DNA of 64,000 nt from Candidatus Fermentibacterota bacterium (GCA_963845085.1 CAWJQI010000001.1:64001-128000), one strand, 5' to 3'; counted from the stretch's first letter, positions 28,375 to 39,900 are shown. The notes: generated from the letters alone by a model not told the origin. Translations and numbers: made by a program.

Positions 28375-29535
28375 TTACAGCTTCACGATCCTGAGCGTGG
28401 ATGACCCTGAAGCGTCGGACACCCTCACCAGGTAGGCTCCCTGGGGAGCGGCGGACGCATCCCAGACGAGGCTTCCGTTGAACGGCCCGCAGAGAAGGGC
28501 TCGACCGGAGAGGTCGAACACCTGCAACGTGGCCCCGGAAAAGCCTGTGCCAGTGATCATGACAGAGCCCATGAACGGGTTCTCACCCGCAGCGAGGGTT
28601 CTCTCCTGGACAGGAGCGACTCCGCCCCCGATCCCGGTCAAGTTCTGGATCCACACCCAGACGAAACCGTTGTAGTCGCTCGTGAGCATGTCGGGAAGGC
28701 CGTCTTCGTTCCAGTCATCTATCCAGAGCCTCATGCCGGAGTACTTGGTGGCTATGGAAACGCCGCCGTTGAACAGAGGCGCATCGTTCGTTCCGGTGTT
28801 TTCGTAGTAGTAGACGTTGCTGTTGTCGGCACCGCAGAGCAGGTCCTTCATCCCGTCGCCGTTCATGTCGTATACCTGCGGGCAGTTCCTGTAGTGGGCG
28901 ATCGCGGTTGAACCGCTCTGCACGAGGCTGTAGCTGCTGAACACGGGTGCGGAATCGCTTCCGTCGTTGATGTAGAGCCTGACGTTCCCGGGGCTCTCGT
29001 TCCCCAGGAGCATGTCGAGTTCGCCGTCCTCGTTCCAGTCAACAACCACCGGGGCGGAGTTCGAACCGACATTGATCAATCACACCGGCGCAGTTGATCT
29101 TGGGCATCTGGGTCAGAGTGATTGGGCTGTCGGAGGTTCTGCGGAAATAGTTGACGTAGCCGTTCCGGTCGCCAACGATGATGTCGAGCATGCCGTCGTT
29201 GTTCCAATCCACGACCTGTGGATTCGTCGAGCCGGTGCATCAACCGTAGGGCAGCGTTATGGGGCTGCCGTCGGCGTAAAGAGCGAAGAGGTGTAGAAGA
29301 CGGGGTTCTCGTTGGTTCCCTCGTTCCTGTAGAAATTTATGTTGCCGTTCGTGAACTGCCCCAGCACGAGGTCCTTAAGGCCGTCGCCGTCCCAGTCGAC
29401 CACACATGGTGCGCCGTAGTAGCCCACATCGATGAAGGTCCCGGCGCATGTGAGCTGATAGGATGGCTGCCAGTCCGGCATCCAGGCCATTGCGACAGCT
29501 GCTGCAAGGAGCGTCAGAGTGATCGTTGCCTTCAT
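28375..29535 (-). CDS. Secreted FG-GAP/VCBS-repeat protein with T9SS-type C-terminal domain; probable selenoprotein (UGA at 29240-29242); two compensating 1-bp indels
   Basis: Signal peptide MKATITLTLLAAAVAMA; repeats DWDGDGLKD, DWNNDGMLD, DWNEDGELD, DMNGDGMKD, DWNEDGLPD; CTD NPF..VFDLSGR..WDA..GAYLVRV. The middle segment (29080-29278) reads YADGSPITLPYG*CTGSTNPQVVDWNNDG in a shifted frame. Confidence 0.82.
29206..29242 (-). promoter_or_regulatory. Putative bacterial SECIS element after an in-frame UGA
   Basis: UGA-UGCACCGGCUCGACG-AAUCCAC-AGGUC-GUGGAUU: perfect 7-bp stem; the loop starts 22 nt after the UGA; loop AGGUC resembles the E. coli fdhF SECIS apical loop. Confidence 0.72.
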
Positions 29536-29664
29536 CTGCCCTTCCCTTCCAATGGCGGTTGAGGCTGTAAATGAGTTGCCCGGTTGTGTTTCCGGAAACC
29601 TTGCTGATATATCCGGACTTGCGCTTCCCAAGTCAACGGCAGGAACGAAGGCGGCCGGCGGTTC

Positions 29665-30936
29665 TCACGCCTTGAACGGTATCTCCGCGCTCATGTGCAC
29701 CTTCATGCACTCCATCATCTTCCTGTGGTCAAGCGCCCCGCTGGTTTCCCGTATGGAATGCATGGCCAGCATGGGGTTGCCCACGTCGACGGTCGGAATG
29801 CCCGTTCGTGTAGCCGTGATGGGTCCTATTGTGCTTCCGGCCTGGGAATCGGTTCTGCCCGTGAACTCCTGAAGGGTGACACCCGCCGCCTTTGCGCACC
29901 TGAAGAAGTAGGCCCCCGTCTCCACCCCTGTCGCGTAGTTCTGCATCGCGCTGCGCTTGACAGCGGGTCCGCCGTTCAGCTTCGGCTTCGACTGGGCGCT
30001 GTGCCTGTTCGCCCAGTCGGGATGGACGGCGTGGGCGCAGTCGGCGCTCACCATGACGCTCCGCGAGACAGCCCTGAAGTACTCATCACGGCTCCCGCTC
30101 AGCCGCTCGAGCAGGGTTTCGAGGAAAGGGCCGGCGGCGCCGGCGGTTGTCCTGCTGCCGACCTCCTCGTTGTCGAAGATGATCGCGATGGCCGTCGCTT
30201 CGGGGCTCCCTGCCTGAACCAGCGCGTTGAGCGAGGCATGACAGCTCGCCAGATCGTCGATCCTCGAAGAAACCAGGAAATCCCGGTTGATCCCCGCGAG
30301 CACCGCTGCCTCGAGGCTGACAAGCTCGGCGGAGAAGAACGAAAGTTCGTCCGTTCCAAGCCCGGCGGCGTCGGCAACGGCCTTCCTGAGCGCCGGGTAG
30401 TCGTCGGCCGACGAGAAAATGGGGTGCATTTCGCTTTCGGGATTGGCGCTGAACCCCTTTTTGTTCACCTCGCGGTTCAGATGGATGGCCGGCGAGACTA
30501 TCCTGAGAAATGGCTCGCGGATGTGGTACAGGACCACTCTGCCGTCCCCGGTCACCGCCCTACCGGCAAGCCCCAGGTCCCTGTCGAACCATGTGCTGAA
30601 CAGGGGACCGCCGTAGACCTCGATGCCCAGGGTTGCGAGCCCCTCTCGGTAGGAGAAGGGATCGCTCTTCAGGTGGAGCCCCGGAGCGTCGGTGTGCGCG
30701 CCGGTGATTCGGAAACCCGACTCAGAAGGCTTTTTTCGGCCCGTCACGAAGGCGGCGAGGGTGGACGGCGAGTACATGGTGAAATAGCCCTTTCCGGGGA
30801 CGGTTTTCCATTGATCCCCGGGGTTGAGCCTCTGAAAGCCGTTCTGCTCGAGAAATCCGGCGCTCACCGCTCCCGCGTGGGCGGCTGTGGGACTTTGGTC
30901 GAGGTATGGCAGCAACGATTCCAGAATGGGCTCCAT
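29665..30936 (-). CDS. apeB: M18-family (aspartyl) aminopeptidase
   Basis: GAHTDAPG, EVYGG..WFDRDLGLAG, AIHLNRE, RIDDL, FDNEEVGS, SADCAHAVHP, GSTIGP, MHSIRE. Confidence 0.93.
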   Translation of the reverse strand: MEPILESLLPYLDQSPTAAHAGAVSAGFLEQNGFQRLNPGDQWKTVPGKGYFTMYSPSTLAAFVTGRKKPSESGFRITGAHTDAPGLHLKSDPFSYREGLATLGIEVYGGPLFSTWFDRDLGLAGRAVTGDGRVVLYHIREPFLRIVSPAIHLNREVNKKGFSANPESEMHPIFSSADDYPALRKAVADAAGLGTDELSFFSAELVSLEAAVLAGINRDFLVSSRIDDLASCHASLNALVQAGSPEATAIAIIFDNEEVGSRTTAGAAGPFLETLLERLSGSRDEYFRAVSRSVMVSADCAHAVHPDWANRHSAQSKPKLNGGPAVKRSAMQNYATGVETGAYFFRCAKAAGVTLQEFTGRTDSQAGSTIGPITATRTGIPTVDVGNPMLAMHSIRETSGALDHRKMMECMKVHMSAEIPFKA

Positions 30937-30937
30937 G

Positions 30938-33900
30938 TCAGTCTCCGTTCTTCTCTGCGTATTTCTTGACCTGAAAGATGAAGGCCTCGAGCCTCGATGA
31001 GTTGTCGGTGTCTTCCTGGCCGTCAAAAGCCAGGTTGAGCCACGGAAGGTCGGGCCTGTCCCTTCTTATCCTTCGTGACACCGCTGTAACAACTGTTCCC
31101 GGCAGACAGCCGAAGGGAAGCACGTTGACCGCCCCCTGAATGCCACCGTGGGTCATCAGGGCGAGCGGCGCGCCGATGCACAGTATTGCCTCGCCGCCGA
31201 TGTTCTCCGGCATGTAGGGCTCGGCAGCCCTGAGCACGGCTTCGGCACCGGCGTGGGGAGTGTCGGCGAAAAGCCTTTCAAAGGGCTTGTCGACGGGGCG
31301 CTTCATCATCGCCATGACTCCGGCCTTGAGTTTTCCGGCAACCACGTTGCCGTTGCGTCCCAGTCTTTTCGACTTCTCGATGAAGCTGAGATTAACGAAT
31401 TCCAGCCACTCGGCAACCGGGCTGTACACAACCTCGGCGCCAAGCGCCTCGATGCGGTCGAGGGTGAAGTCGTTCGCGTAGGGGTCGTTCCTGATGTAGA
31501 TCTCACCGAAAACCGCCACTCTGGGTTTTCTTCGGGTGTCATCCATCGGAATGGCCGAAAAAGCCTTTGCGGCTTCGGCTGCCGCCTTTCCGAGGCTTCC
31601 CCCCTTCTCCGCCCTTTCGCAGACCCTTTCGAGGTGTTCGCCGTAGACCCTGTCCGTCTCGCCCGGGTTCTTCTCGTACGGGCGGATCCTGAGCCTGGCC
31701 CTGTAGAGGTTGTCTACAAGGCTGATCCCCTGATACAGCGTTTTCTGCCTGTTGAACGTTGAGAAACCCTCGACGCTCGAATAGCTGTCGCTGCTGCTGG
31801 ACGTGACAATGGGCACGTTCGGGTACCCCAGCCGTTCAAGGATCATCCCGTGATAGTGGCAGTACTGCCCGAACCGGCATGGTCCGCTTGCCGTTCCCAT
31901 GAAAAACGCGGTTTTCTCCGGAGGGTTGTTCTCAAGTATTTCCATCATGCTGCCCGAGGTGATGATGGCGGGGTAGCACTCCCGGCCGCTGGTGACGCTT
32001 CTGCCAAGCGCAACCGTCCGGCCGGTCGTGGGCGGGGCCACGCGCGCATCATGGCCTGCGCTTCTGGCGACGGCCGCCGCGAGGTAACTGGCATCACTGA
32101 GATAGGGTATCCAGAGAGTCCTGCCCCCGAGCGATTGTTCCAAGGGAGGGCATGGAGCGGGCTCCTCCCCACGCATAGGTCTTTCCGCCTCAAGGGAGTC
32201 AAGAAAGGCCTCGCACCTGGTGATGATCCCGGCATCGGCCGCGTGCTCGTCTATCTCGATGCCGAGATGCGGCTTGTCCCCCATGATCTCCGAGAAGATG
32301 TGCTCGATGAAGCTGTCGGGACCGCAGCCGAAATTGGATATGTAGACCGCGTTGAGGCGGTCGTCGTCACGGACGGCCATGGCCGCGGCAAGGATCTTCT
32401 GGCCGTATGCCCAGTACATGTTCCTGTGCTTCTTCCAGACCTTCTCCATCGGAAGGTCGAGGAAATCCATCGGGATCACGAGCGCACCGAGCCTGGCAAG
32501 CTTCTGGGGAAGATCGGTGTTGACCATGGGATCGTTCCCGTTGTAGGGCCTGCTCACGACGACGAAGGCGCGCCTTTCCCCGATCGAAGCCAACGCTTTC
32601 TCGCCCTCTTTCAGAAGGGCTTTCCTGAACCTTTCCTGAGCGGAGACAGCCTTCCGGCCCGCCTTTGAAACTGCTTCAGCGGAGAAACCGAGCCCCTTCG
32701 CCATCTCGACAAGGGGCATCATCCACTGCCTTCCGGGCAGGCTGAAGTCGAGAACGGGCCTGAGCGTTGTTGGTCTGGTCCTCTCCTTCAGCGACAGCCC
32801 GGCGTCGAGCAGGTACGGGGCCGCCTCGACGAAGGGACAGTTGTAACTCTCCGTGAACTCCCCCGCAGCCGGCGCATTCCGAAGGATGCTGGGGATGAAC
32901 AGGTGGTCGACCTCCATCTCGAGAAGCCTTGCCACGTGACCATGGGCTATCTTCACGGGAAAACACGTTTCGGCCGCCATGCTCTCGACCCCCCGGTGAA
33001 CCGTGGCCGAATCGGACTGCCCGCTCGTGACGACGCGGCACCCGAGTTCCCTGAAGAACGTGCCGAAGAACGGGTACAGCTCCCAGAACCACAGGGCTTC
33101 GGGTATCCCAACGACAGGTCCGTTGGGTTCAAGGCCGGATTCCTCCGCGAACTCCCTGAGAAGCTGCTCCCTGCGGGGGAAAAGGTTCTCGCCCCCTGCC
33201 GTGGTCTGGAGGCTTCCCGTCTCGTATTTCTCGCACCTTCCTCCGTAGAACAGCTTTCTGCCGTCCTGCAGAGTGACACGATGAATCTCGCAGCTGTTCG
33301 AGCAGGCCCTGCAGACGAAGCTGTCCTGCTGCCAGCTCTCGCCGGTGAGCGCGAAGCCGCGGAACAATGTTGCGGAGGGGTTCATGTCCCGCACGAGAAG
33401 CGCCGCCCCGATGGCACCCGTGACGTCGTGATGCGGTGGAACAATGACAGTCCTGTCTCCGAGAACCGCGTTGAAGGCGGCCACGACCCCCTGGTTGAAG
33501 GCTGTGCCCCCCTGGAAGAATATCTTCCTGCCGATCGGGCGCCTTCCCACGACCCGGTGCAGGTAGTTCCTGACGACAGAAACACAGAGGCCGGCCACGA
33601 TGTCGCGAAGCGGAACCCCGTCGGACTGGTGGCTGACCACATCGGTTTCCATGAAGACGGTGCAGCGTTCGCCGAGCCTTGCCGGTGCGAGGGATTCGAG
33701 TGCAAGCGGCCCGAAATCCGTGATGGGGATGCCGAGCTTTTCCGCCTGTTCCTCGAGGAAGCTGCCCGTGCCGGCGGCGCAGACCTTGTTCATCTCGAAA
33801 TCGACGACGCGGCCGTTTCGAAGGGAGATGAACTTCGAGTCCTGCCCGCCTATCTCGAACACGGTCTCAACGCCGGGATCAATGTGCAGCGCGGCGCGGG

Positions 33901-35068
33901 CCTGTGCCGTTATCTCGTTCCGTACCGTGTCGGCGCCCACGAAATCACCGGTCATGTACCTGCCGCTGCCTGTTGTGGCAACTCCGAGAACCTCAGGTTC
34001 GCACCCGAGGTCGGACCTGATCTCAAGAAGCCCGTCCCTCACGGCCTCGAGAGGCCGCCCTGCCGTGCGCAGGTAGACCCTGGCGACCACATTGCCATCG
34101 GGATCGACCGCGGCAAGGTTGGTGCTTATCGAACCGACATCGATGCCAAGGTATATCCCACTGCCGGCCGAGCCTGAGCAGTCGTGCCGTGCCGGCGGAA
34201 GCGCATGTGCCGCAAGGGGCTGAAGGTGCTCACCGGCATGCCCGGTCGCCTCCGAAGCGGCTTCTTCCAACGATCCCGGGGTGACATGCACGGGTTCCTT
34301 CATCGAAAGCGCGGCCCCGGCCGCCACGAGTATCTTGAAGTGATCCGGGACGAAGAGCTGCCTTCCGTCGACAGCCTCACGGAATGCCCGGATCATCGCC
34401 TGGTTGGCCGCGACTCCGCCGACAAAGGCGACGGGTCCCCGGAATTCCCTGCCTGCGGCAATGGTGCTTCTGAAGTTCCTCGCGACGGCGAAGCAGAGCC
34501 CGGCTGCTATCTCCTCGACGGTTGCGCCGATCTGCTGGAGGTGGATCATGTCGCTTTTTGCAAAGACGCTGCAGCGGCCGGCGATCCTGGGAGGCTTCCT
34601 GCACCCCTGGGCGAGTTCCCCCATCTCCTCCGGGGACAGACCGAGCCTCGCAGCCTGCTGGTCAAGAAAGCTTCCTGTGCCCGCAGCGCAGATCGTGTTG
34701 GTAGCAAAATCGTCGAAGACGGGACCTTCGCCGCCGTCATGACGGAACTGGAGCAGCTTCGAGTCCTGCCCCCCCATCTCCACAACACTGCCCGCACCGG
34801 GAACGAAGGCCTTCACCGCAGCGGCAAGTGCAACCACCTCGTTGACCGGGTCAACACCCAGGGCACGGGCGAGCCTCATGGCTCCGCTTCCTGTAAGGGC
34901 TGCCGGCATGGAACTCCACCCCGGGACCTGCCCGAGAAGGATGGAGAGGGCTCCAAGGGGATCACCCCTGTGCCTGGCGTATCCCTCCTGAATTATCGAT
35001 CCGCGTTCAAGCACGGCGAACTTCGCGCTCACCGAGCCGAGGTCGATGCCGATGACCCGGCTGTTCAT
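30938..35068 (-). CDS. CoA-substrate-specific enzyme activase fusion (2x BadF/BadG/BcrA/BcrD ATPase + DUF2229), 2-hydroxyacyl-CoA dehydratase activator-like
   Basis: GIDLGSVS / GIDVGSIST, EMGGQDSK / EIGGQDSK, CAAGTGSFL x2, RCSVFAKSD, ETCFPVKIAHGH, FGCGPDSF, GPCRFGQY. Confidence 0.92.
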   Translation of the reverse strand: MNSRVIGIDLGSVSAKFAVLERGSIIQEGYARHRGDPLGALSILLGQVPGWSSMPAALTGSGAMRLARALGVDPVNEVVALAAAVKAFVPGAGSVVEMGGQDSKLLQFRHDGGEGPVFDDFATNTICAAGTGSFLDQQAARLGLSPEEMGELAQGCRKPPRIAGRCSVFAKSDMIHLQQIGATVEEIAAGLCFAVARNFRSTIAAGREFRGPVAFVGGVAANQAMIRAFREAVDGRQLFVPDHFKILVAAGAALSMKEPVHVTPGSLEEAASEATGHAGEHLQPLAAHALPPARHDCSGSAGSGIYLGIDVGSISTNLAAVDPDGNVVARVYLRTAGRPLEAVRDGLLEIRSDLGCEPEVLGVATTGSGRYMTGDFVGADTVRNEITAQARAALHIDPGVETVFEIGGQDSKFISLRNGRVVDFEMNKVCAAGTGSFLEEQAEKLGIPITDFGPLALESLAPARLGERCTVFMETDVVSHQSDGVPLRDIVAGLCVSVVRNYLHRVVGRRPIGRKIFFQGGTAFNQGVVAAFNAVLGDRTVIVPPHHDVTGAIGAALLVRDMNPSATLFRGFALTGESWQQDSFVCRACSNSCEIHRVTLQDGRKLFYGGRCEKYETGSLQTTAGGENLFPRREQLLREFAEESGLEPNGPVVGIPEALWFWELYPFFGTFFRELGCRVVTSGQSDSATVHRGVESMAAETCFPVKIAHGHVARLLEMEVDHLFIPSILRNAPAAGEFTESYNCPFVEAAPYLLDAGLSLKERTRPTTLRPVLDFSLPGRQWMMPLVEMAKGLGFSAEAVSKAGRKAVSAQERFRKALLKEGEKALASIGERRAFVVVSRPYNGNDPMVNTDLPQKLARLGALVIPMDFLDLPMEKVWKKHRNMYWAYGQKILAAAMAVRDDDRLNAVYISNFGCGPDSFIEHIFSEIMGDKPHLGIEIDEHAADAGIITRCEAFLDSLEAERPMRGEEPAPCPPLEQSLGGRTLWIPYLSDASYLAAAVARSAGHDARVAPPTTGRTVALGRSVTSGRECYPAIITSGSMMEILENNPPEKTAFFMGTASGPCRFGQYCHYHGMILERLGYPNVPIVTSSSSDSYSSVEGFSTFNRQKTLYQGISLVDNLYRARLRIRPYEKNPGETDRVYGEHLERVCERAEKGGSLGKAAAEAAKAFSAIPMDDTRRKPRVAVFGEIYIRNDPYANDFTLDRIEALGAEVVYSPVAEWLEFVNLSFIEKSKRLGRNGNVVAGKLKAGVMAMMKRPVDKPFERLFADTPHAGAEAVLRAAEPYMPENIGGEAILCIGAPLALMTHGGIQGAVNVLPFGCLPGTVVTAVSRRIRRDRPDLPWLNLAFDGQEDTDNSSRLEAFIFQVKKYAEKNGD

Positions 35069-35225
35069 TGTGCCTCCAAGGGAAGATGAGAGGTGCAAAT
35101 ATACCTTTGGGAGCCTTTCCGACGCTACCGGCCCGTGAACCGCTGCGCAGCGTTGTCGGGGCAATGGCCGGCTGCGCTTTTTACCTTATAGTTGGAGGTG
35201 GCTCAAACCTGGGAGGGCGGGCGCA

Positions 35226-36923
35226 ATGGGCGGAGAATCAGACAGGCCGGTCATTTATGGATCGGGCGGCATCGGGGGAAAAGCCTCGGGCCTTTTTTTT
35301 GCCATGAAAACCCTTGCCGAATCGAATCCGGAGATCGGCTCCCCCCTGGTCCCTACGTTCGTGCCTTCCTTCCGGGTGATCACAACCGAGTACTTCGATG
35401 ATTTCCTCAAGAGGAACGACCTTCCCGGCGACAGCGTGGGCGACGAGCCTGACGACAGGATCGCGGCGGCATTCATGAAGGGCGAGATCTCCCCGATCCT
35501 GGTGGGCGACCTGATGAACTACATGAGGGAAACGCGAAGCCCCGTCGCCGTGCGTTCCTCCAGCCTTCTCGAGGACGCGAGGAATGAGCCGTTCGCAGGC
35601 ATCTACCAGACAAAGATGATCCCGAACAACCAGCCCTCCGACACGGAGCGGTTCAGGAAGCTCACCGAGGCGATCAAGTTCGTCTGGGCTTCCACGTTCT
35701 TCCAGGCCGCGAGGGATTACCTCGGCGCCACGGGCCACACCCCGGCCGACGAGAAGATGGCCGTCATCCTGCAGGATGTTGTGGGCTGCCGTTTCGATGA
35801 AAGGTTCTACCCCGTCATCTCGGGGGTGTGCCGCTCGTTCAATTACTACGCCTTCGGAAGGGCGAAGCCCGCAGACGGCGTGGTCAACCTTGCGCTCGGG
35901 CTTGGAAAATCCATCGTCGAGGGCGACCCCGTCTGGAGCTACAGCCCGGCTCATCCCCGCGTTCATCCCCCATACGGCAACCTGAAGGATCTGATGAAGA
36001 TGACCCAGACCTCCTTCTGGGCCGTGAACATGGGAAGGCCCCCGGCCTACGACCCCCTCCTCGAGACCGAGTACATGCTGAAGTGCCCGCTCTCCGACGC
36101 CGATTACGACAACACGCTTCGTCTTGTCGCTTCCACATACGATCCGTCATCGGACCGGCTGGTTCACGGTGTACAGGAGCAGGGAGCAAGGGTAGTAACC
36201 TTCGACCCGCTTCTGCGGGACTCGATGGTGCCGCTGAACGATGTTCTGAGAAACCTCATGAAACTCTGCGAGGAAAAGTCGGGCTCTCCCGTCGAGATCG
36301 AGTTCGCCGTGGAGGGGTACACTCCGGGCTCGCCATCGAGGCTCGGCTTCCTTCAGGTGCGGCCGATCGTTGCAACCGACAGTGTGGTGAACATTTCCGC
36401 CGATGAGGAAAAGGGGGGGGCGCTTCTCGTAAAAAGCGCAAAGGCAATGGGCAACGGGGAAAGGCGCGACATCAGGTGCATCGTCTACATGAAGCCGGGA
36501 TCATTCGACGCCTCGAAGACGCCCCTCATCGCAAGGCAGATATCCGAGATCAACCGCTCGCTCGTCCGGGATGAGATGCCCTACCTGCTGATGGGCTTCG
36601 GCAGATGGGGAAGCTCTGACCCCTGGCTGGGCGTCGGCGTGACATGGGGGCAGATCTCGGGCGCCAGGGTGATGGTAGAGATCAGCGGTGGAAAGATGAA
36701 GGTAGACCTTAGCCAGGGCTCCCATTTCTTCCACAATCTCACAAGCTTCGGCGTCACCTACTTTTCCGTGAGTGAGGCCGTTGACGGCAGGATCGACTGG
36801 GACTGGCTCGAAACAGCGGGCGAAACAGTCTCGGAAACCGAGTTCCTCAGATGCATTACCTTGAAGGAACCCCTATTGGTCAAGATAGACGGACGATTGG
36901 GAAAGGGCGTGATTCTCAAATGA
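35226..36923 (+). CDS. PEP/pyruvate-binding (PPDK_N ATP-grasp) domain protein without a phospho-His domain
   Basis: GGIGGKASGL, AVRSSSLLED..FAGIY, EKMAVILQDVVG, LGLGK, PVEIEFA, FLQVRP; C-terminal GFGRWGSSDPWLG..SQGSHFF. Confidence 0.88.
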   Translation: MGGESDRPVIYGSGGIGGKASGLFFAMKTLAESNPEIGSPLVPTFVPSFRVITTEYFDDFLKRNDLPGDSVGDEPDDRIAAAFMKGEISPILVGDLMNYMRETRSPVAVRSSSLLEDARNEPFAGIYQTKMIPNNQPSDTERFRKLTEAIKFVWASTFFQAARDYLGATGHTPADEKMAVILQDVVGCRFDERFYPVISGVCRSFNYYAFGRAKPADGVVNLALGLGKSIVEGDPVWSYSPAHPRVHPPYGNLKDLMKMTQTSFWAVNMGRPPAYDPLLETEYMLKCPLSDADYDNTLRLVASTYDPSSDRLVHGVQEQGARVVTFDPLLRDSMVPLNDVLRNLMKLCEEKSGSPVEIEFAVEGYTPGSPSRLGFLQVRPIVATDSVVNISADEEKGGALLVKSAKAMGNGERRDIRCIVYMKPGSFDASKTPLIARQISEINRSLVRDEMPYLLMGFGRWGSSDPWLGVGVTWGQISGARVMVEISGGKMKVDLSQGSHFFHNLTSFGVTYFSVSEAVDGRIDWDWLETAGETVSETEFLRCITLKEPLLVKIDGRLGKGVILK

Positions 36924-39900
36924 CTGACGAAGCCTCCCGCTCTCAGAGCCTGATCACCTCCCTCAGGGAGAGGGCCAAGGAATTGAGCTGCCTCTACAGG
37001 GTGGATGAGATCCTCCTTTCGCCGGAAACCCTCGACAACAAGCTCCACCAGGCTGCCGAAGCGATCCCGAGCGGATGGTTCAGCCCTGAACTGTGCGAGG
37101 CGAGGATCCGCTACATGGGAATGACATACCAGTCCAAGGGTTTCAGGGAGGGCGGCGTGTACCTCACCGAAGACCTCAATGTTCAGGGCAACACCGTTGG
37201 CACGCTGACCGTCTCATACCCTCTGGAAGCGCCCGGAATGGACGGCGGTCCCTTCCTGCCCGAGGAGAAAAAGCTTATCCGCACTCTCAGCCAGCGCCTG
37301 TCGCACACCATTCTCCATGAAAACCTCGCCCAGGTGTTCCAGGGGGAGGAGAACGCAAGCAGGACCTGGAGGGCGGGCACCGAATCATGGCGCTCCATAC
37401 TGGAGATGCTTTTCATAACGGACAGAAAGCTCTACAAGACGCTGTGCAGAAGGCTTCTCAACTACCTCAACTTCATCGGCGTCCCCCAGGCGCAGGACCT
37501 GCTGAACAAATGGGTGGGGCAGACATCCGACGGCACCGAGCCTGATCACGAGGGCATCAACCAGCCCATCCCGAAACACATGATCGACATCAACCCGAAG
37601 ATCGTCGAGGAGATACTCGAGATCACAAGCTCGGTTCTCTCCGACGACCAGCTCATGAAGCTTCTTCAGCGCTGGGTCGGAGAAAACCGGATCGAGCACT
37701 TCATCAACGTGCTTGACGACCACGCCAGCGCAATCAGCGAGATCATCCAGGCAATGGATTCCCACAAGACGATAGTGACGGAGGAACTCGCCCTCTCGCC
37801 CCCGGTCCTCAACGCGGTGAAGGTTTCCCTGATCAGGCGGTTCATCAGCAGAAGGCTTGACTACATCAGCACGCTGAAGGACTACGTAACCCTGAACGAC
37901 TTCTACGAACTGAGCAGGTACCTTGTATTCCCGGCCCGCAGCCACGGCCAGCTCGGGGGGAAGGGTGCGGGCATCTTCCTCGCGGGCCAGATCCTGAAGC
38001 ACGTGACCCAGGACGATCCGGTCCTGAGCAGCATAAAGACTCCGAAAACATGGTACATCTGCTCCGACGGCATACTCGACTTTGTTCACTGCAACAGGCT
38101 TGAAGAGCTTCTTGAATACCGCTACAGGTACATCGAGGAGATCAGGATGGAGTACCCAAACCTGATCCAGCTCTTCAAGAACTGCGCGTTCAGCCCGGAG
38201 ATGATGCAGGGGCTTTCCATGGCCCTCGACGACCTGGGCGAGAAACCCCTGATCGTAAGAAGCTCGAGCCTGCTCGAGGACAGCAGCGAGGCCGCCTTCA
38301 GCGGAAAGTACAAGAGCCTCTTCCTTGCCAATCAGGGCACGAAGAAGGAGAGGCTGGAAGCTCTCACAGACGCCATCAGCGAGGTCTACGCCTCGATGTT
38401 CGGCCCCGACCCGATCGAGTACCGCGGGGAAAGGAAGCTCCTCGATTTCCAGGAGGAGATGGGCATCCTGATCCAGGAGGTCGTCGGCGCCCACATGGGT
38501 GATTACTTCGCACCCGCCTTCGGCGGGGTGGCATTCAGCCGCAACGAGTTCCGGTGGTCGAGCCGCATCAAGACCAACGACGGCCTGGTCAGAATGGTGC
38601 CGGGTCTTGGAACCAGGGCTGTCGACCGTCTCGGCGACGACTACCCGATACTGCTCGCCCCCGGTCAGCCCGGTCTGAGGGTCAACACGTCCATCGACGA
38701 AACCATTCGCTACGCCCCGAAATACATGGACGTCATCAACCTGAAGAAGCGCCGCATCGAAACGGTGAGTGTCGAGGACATGATCAAGGCGTACGGGAGC
38801 AGCTATCCCCAGTACGAGAAGGTCTTCTCCGTATTCCGCGACGGAATGCTCCACCAGGTGAACCCGATGACCGACTACGAAAAGGATTTCGTTCTCCCGA
38901 CCTTCGAGGGGCTGATGGGCGGCAGCGACTTCGTTCCGATGATGAGGCGGCTTCTGACGCTCCTCGAGCAGCGGTGCGGCTTCCCCGTAGACATCGAGTT
39001 CGCGGTTGACGACACAAGCGTCTACCTTCTTCAGTGCAGGGCCCAGAGTTCGTGGCAGAAGGAGGAGAACATCCAGCTCCCCGAGCGGCCGTCATCGGAA
39101 AACCTTCTGTTCACCGCCGAGAAGTTCGTCTCGGACGGTCTTGTTCCGGCTGTCACTCATGTCGTCTACGTAGTTCCCGAGGCGTACGACAACCTGAAGG
39201 ACATGAACTCGCTCATCAACGTGGGCAGGATGGTCGGCCGGCTGAACGGCATTCTCCCCCGCGGAAGGTTCGTGCTGATGGGACCGGGGCGCTGGGGCAG
39301 CAGGGGCGACGTCAAACTGGGCGTCAGGGTGACCTACTCCGACATAAACAACACGGCGGCGCTGATCGAAATGGCCTTCCGAAAGGGCAACTACGTCCCG
39401 GACCTCTCCTTCGGCACCCACTTCTTCCAGGACCTTGTCGAGGCTTCGATCCGCTACCTTCCCCTCTACCCCGACGATGACGGTATCGTGTTCAACAGGG
39501 CCTTCTTCGAGAACAGCGAGAACTCCCTCGAGAAAATCCTTCCGGAAGCATCAGGGCTGTCGGACGTGATCAGGGTCATCGACATCCCTGCCGTAACCAA
39601 CGGAAGGTTTTTGCGCATAGCGATGAGCGGCGACGAGGGAAGGGCGATGGCCTATCTCGTGACCGAGGAAACCGCATCGGCGCCCGAAGCCCTCAGAAAG
39701 ATTGCGGGAAGGGAGGCCGACCGAATCAGCGAGGACGAGCACTGGATCTGGCGGCAGACAATGGCCGAGAAACTTGCGTCCTCCATCGATCCCGAGCAGT
39801 ACGGGGTCAAGGGGGCATACCTCTTCGGCAGCACCAAGAACGCCACGGCCGGCCCGTGCAGCGACATAGACCTTCTGATCCACATCACCGGAACTGACAC

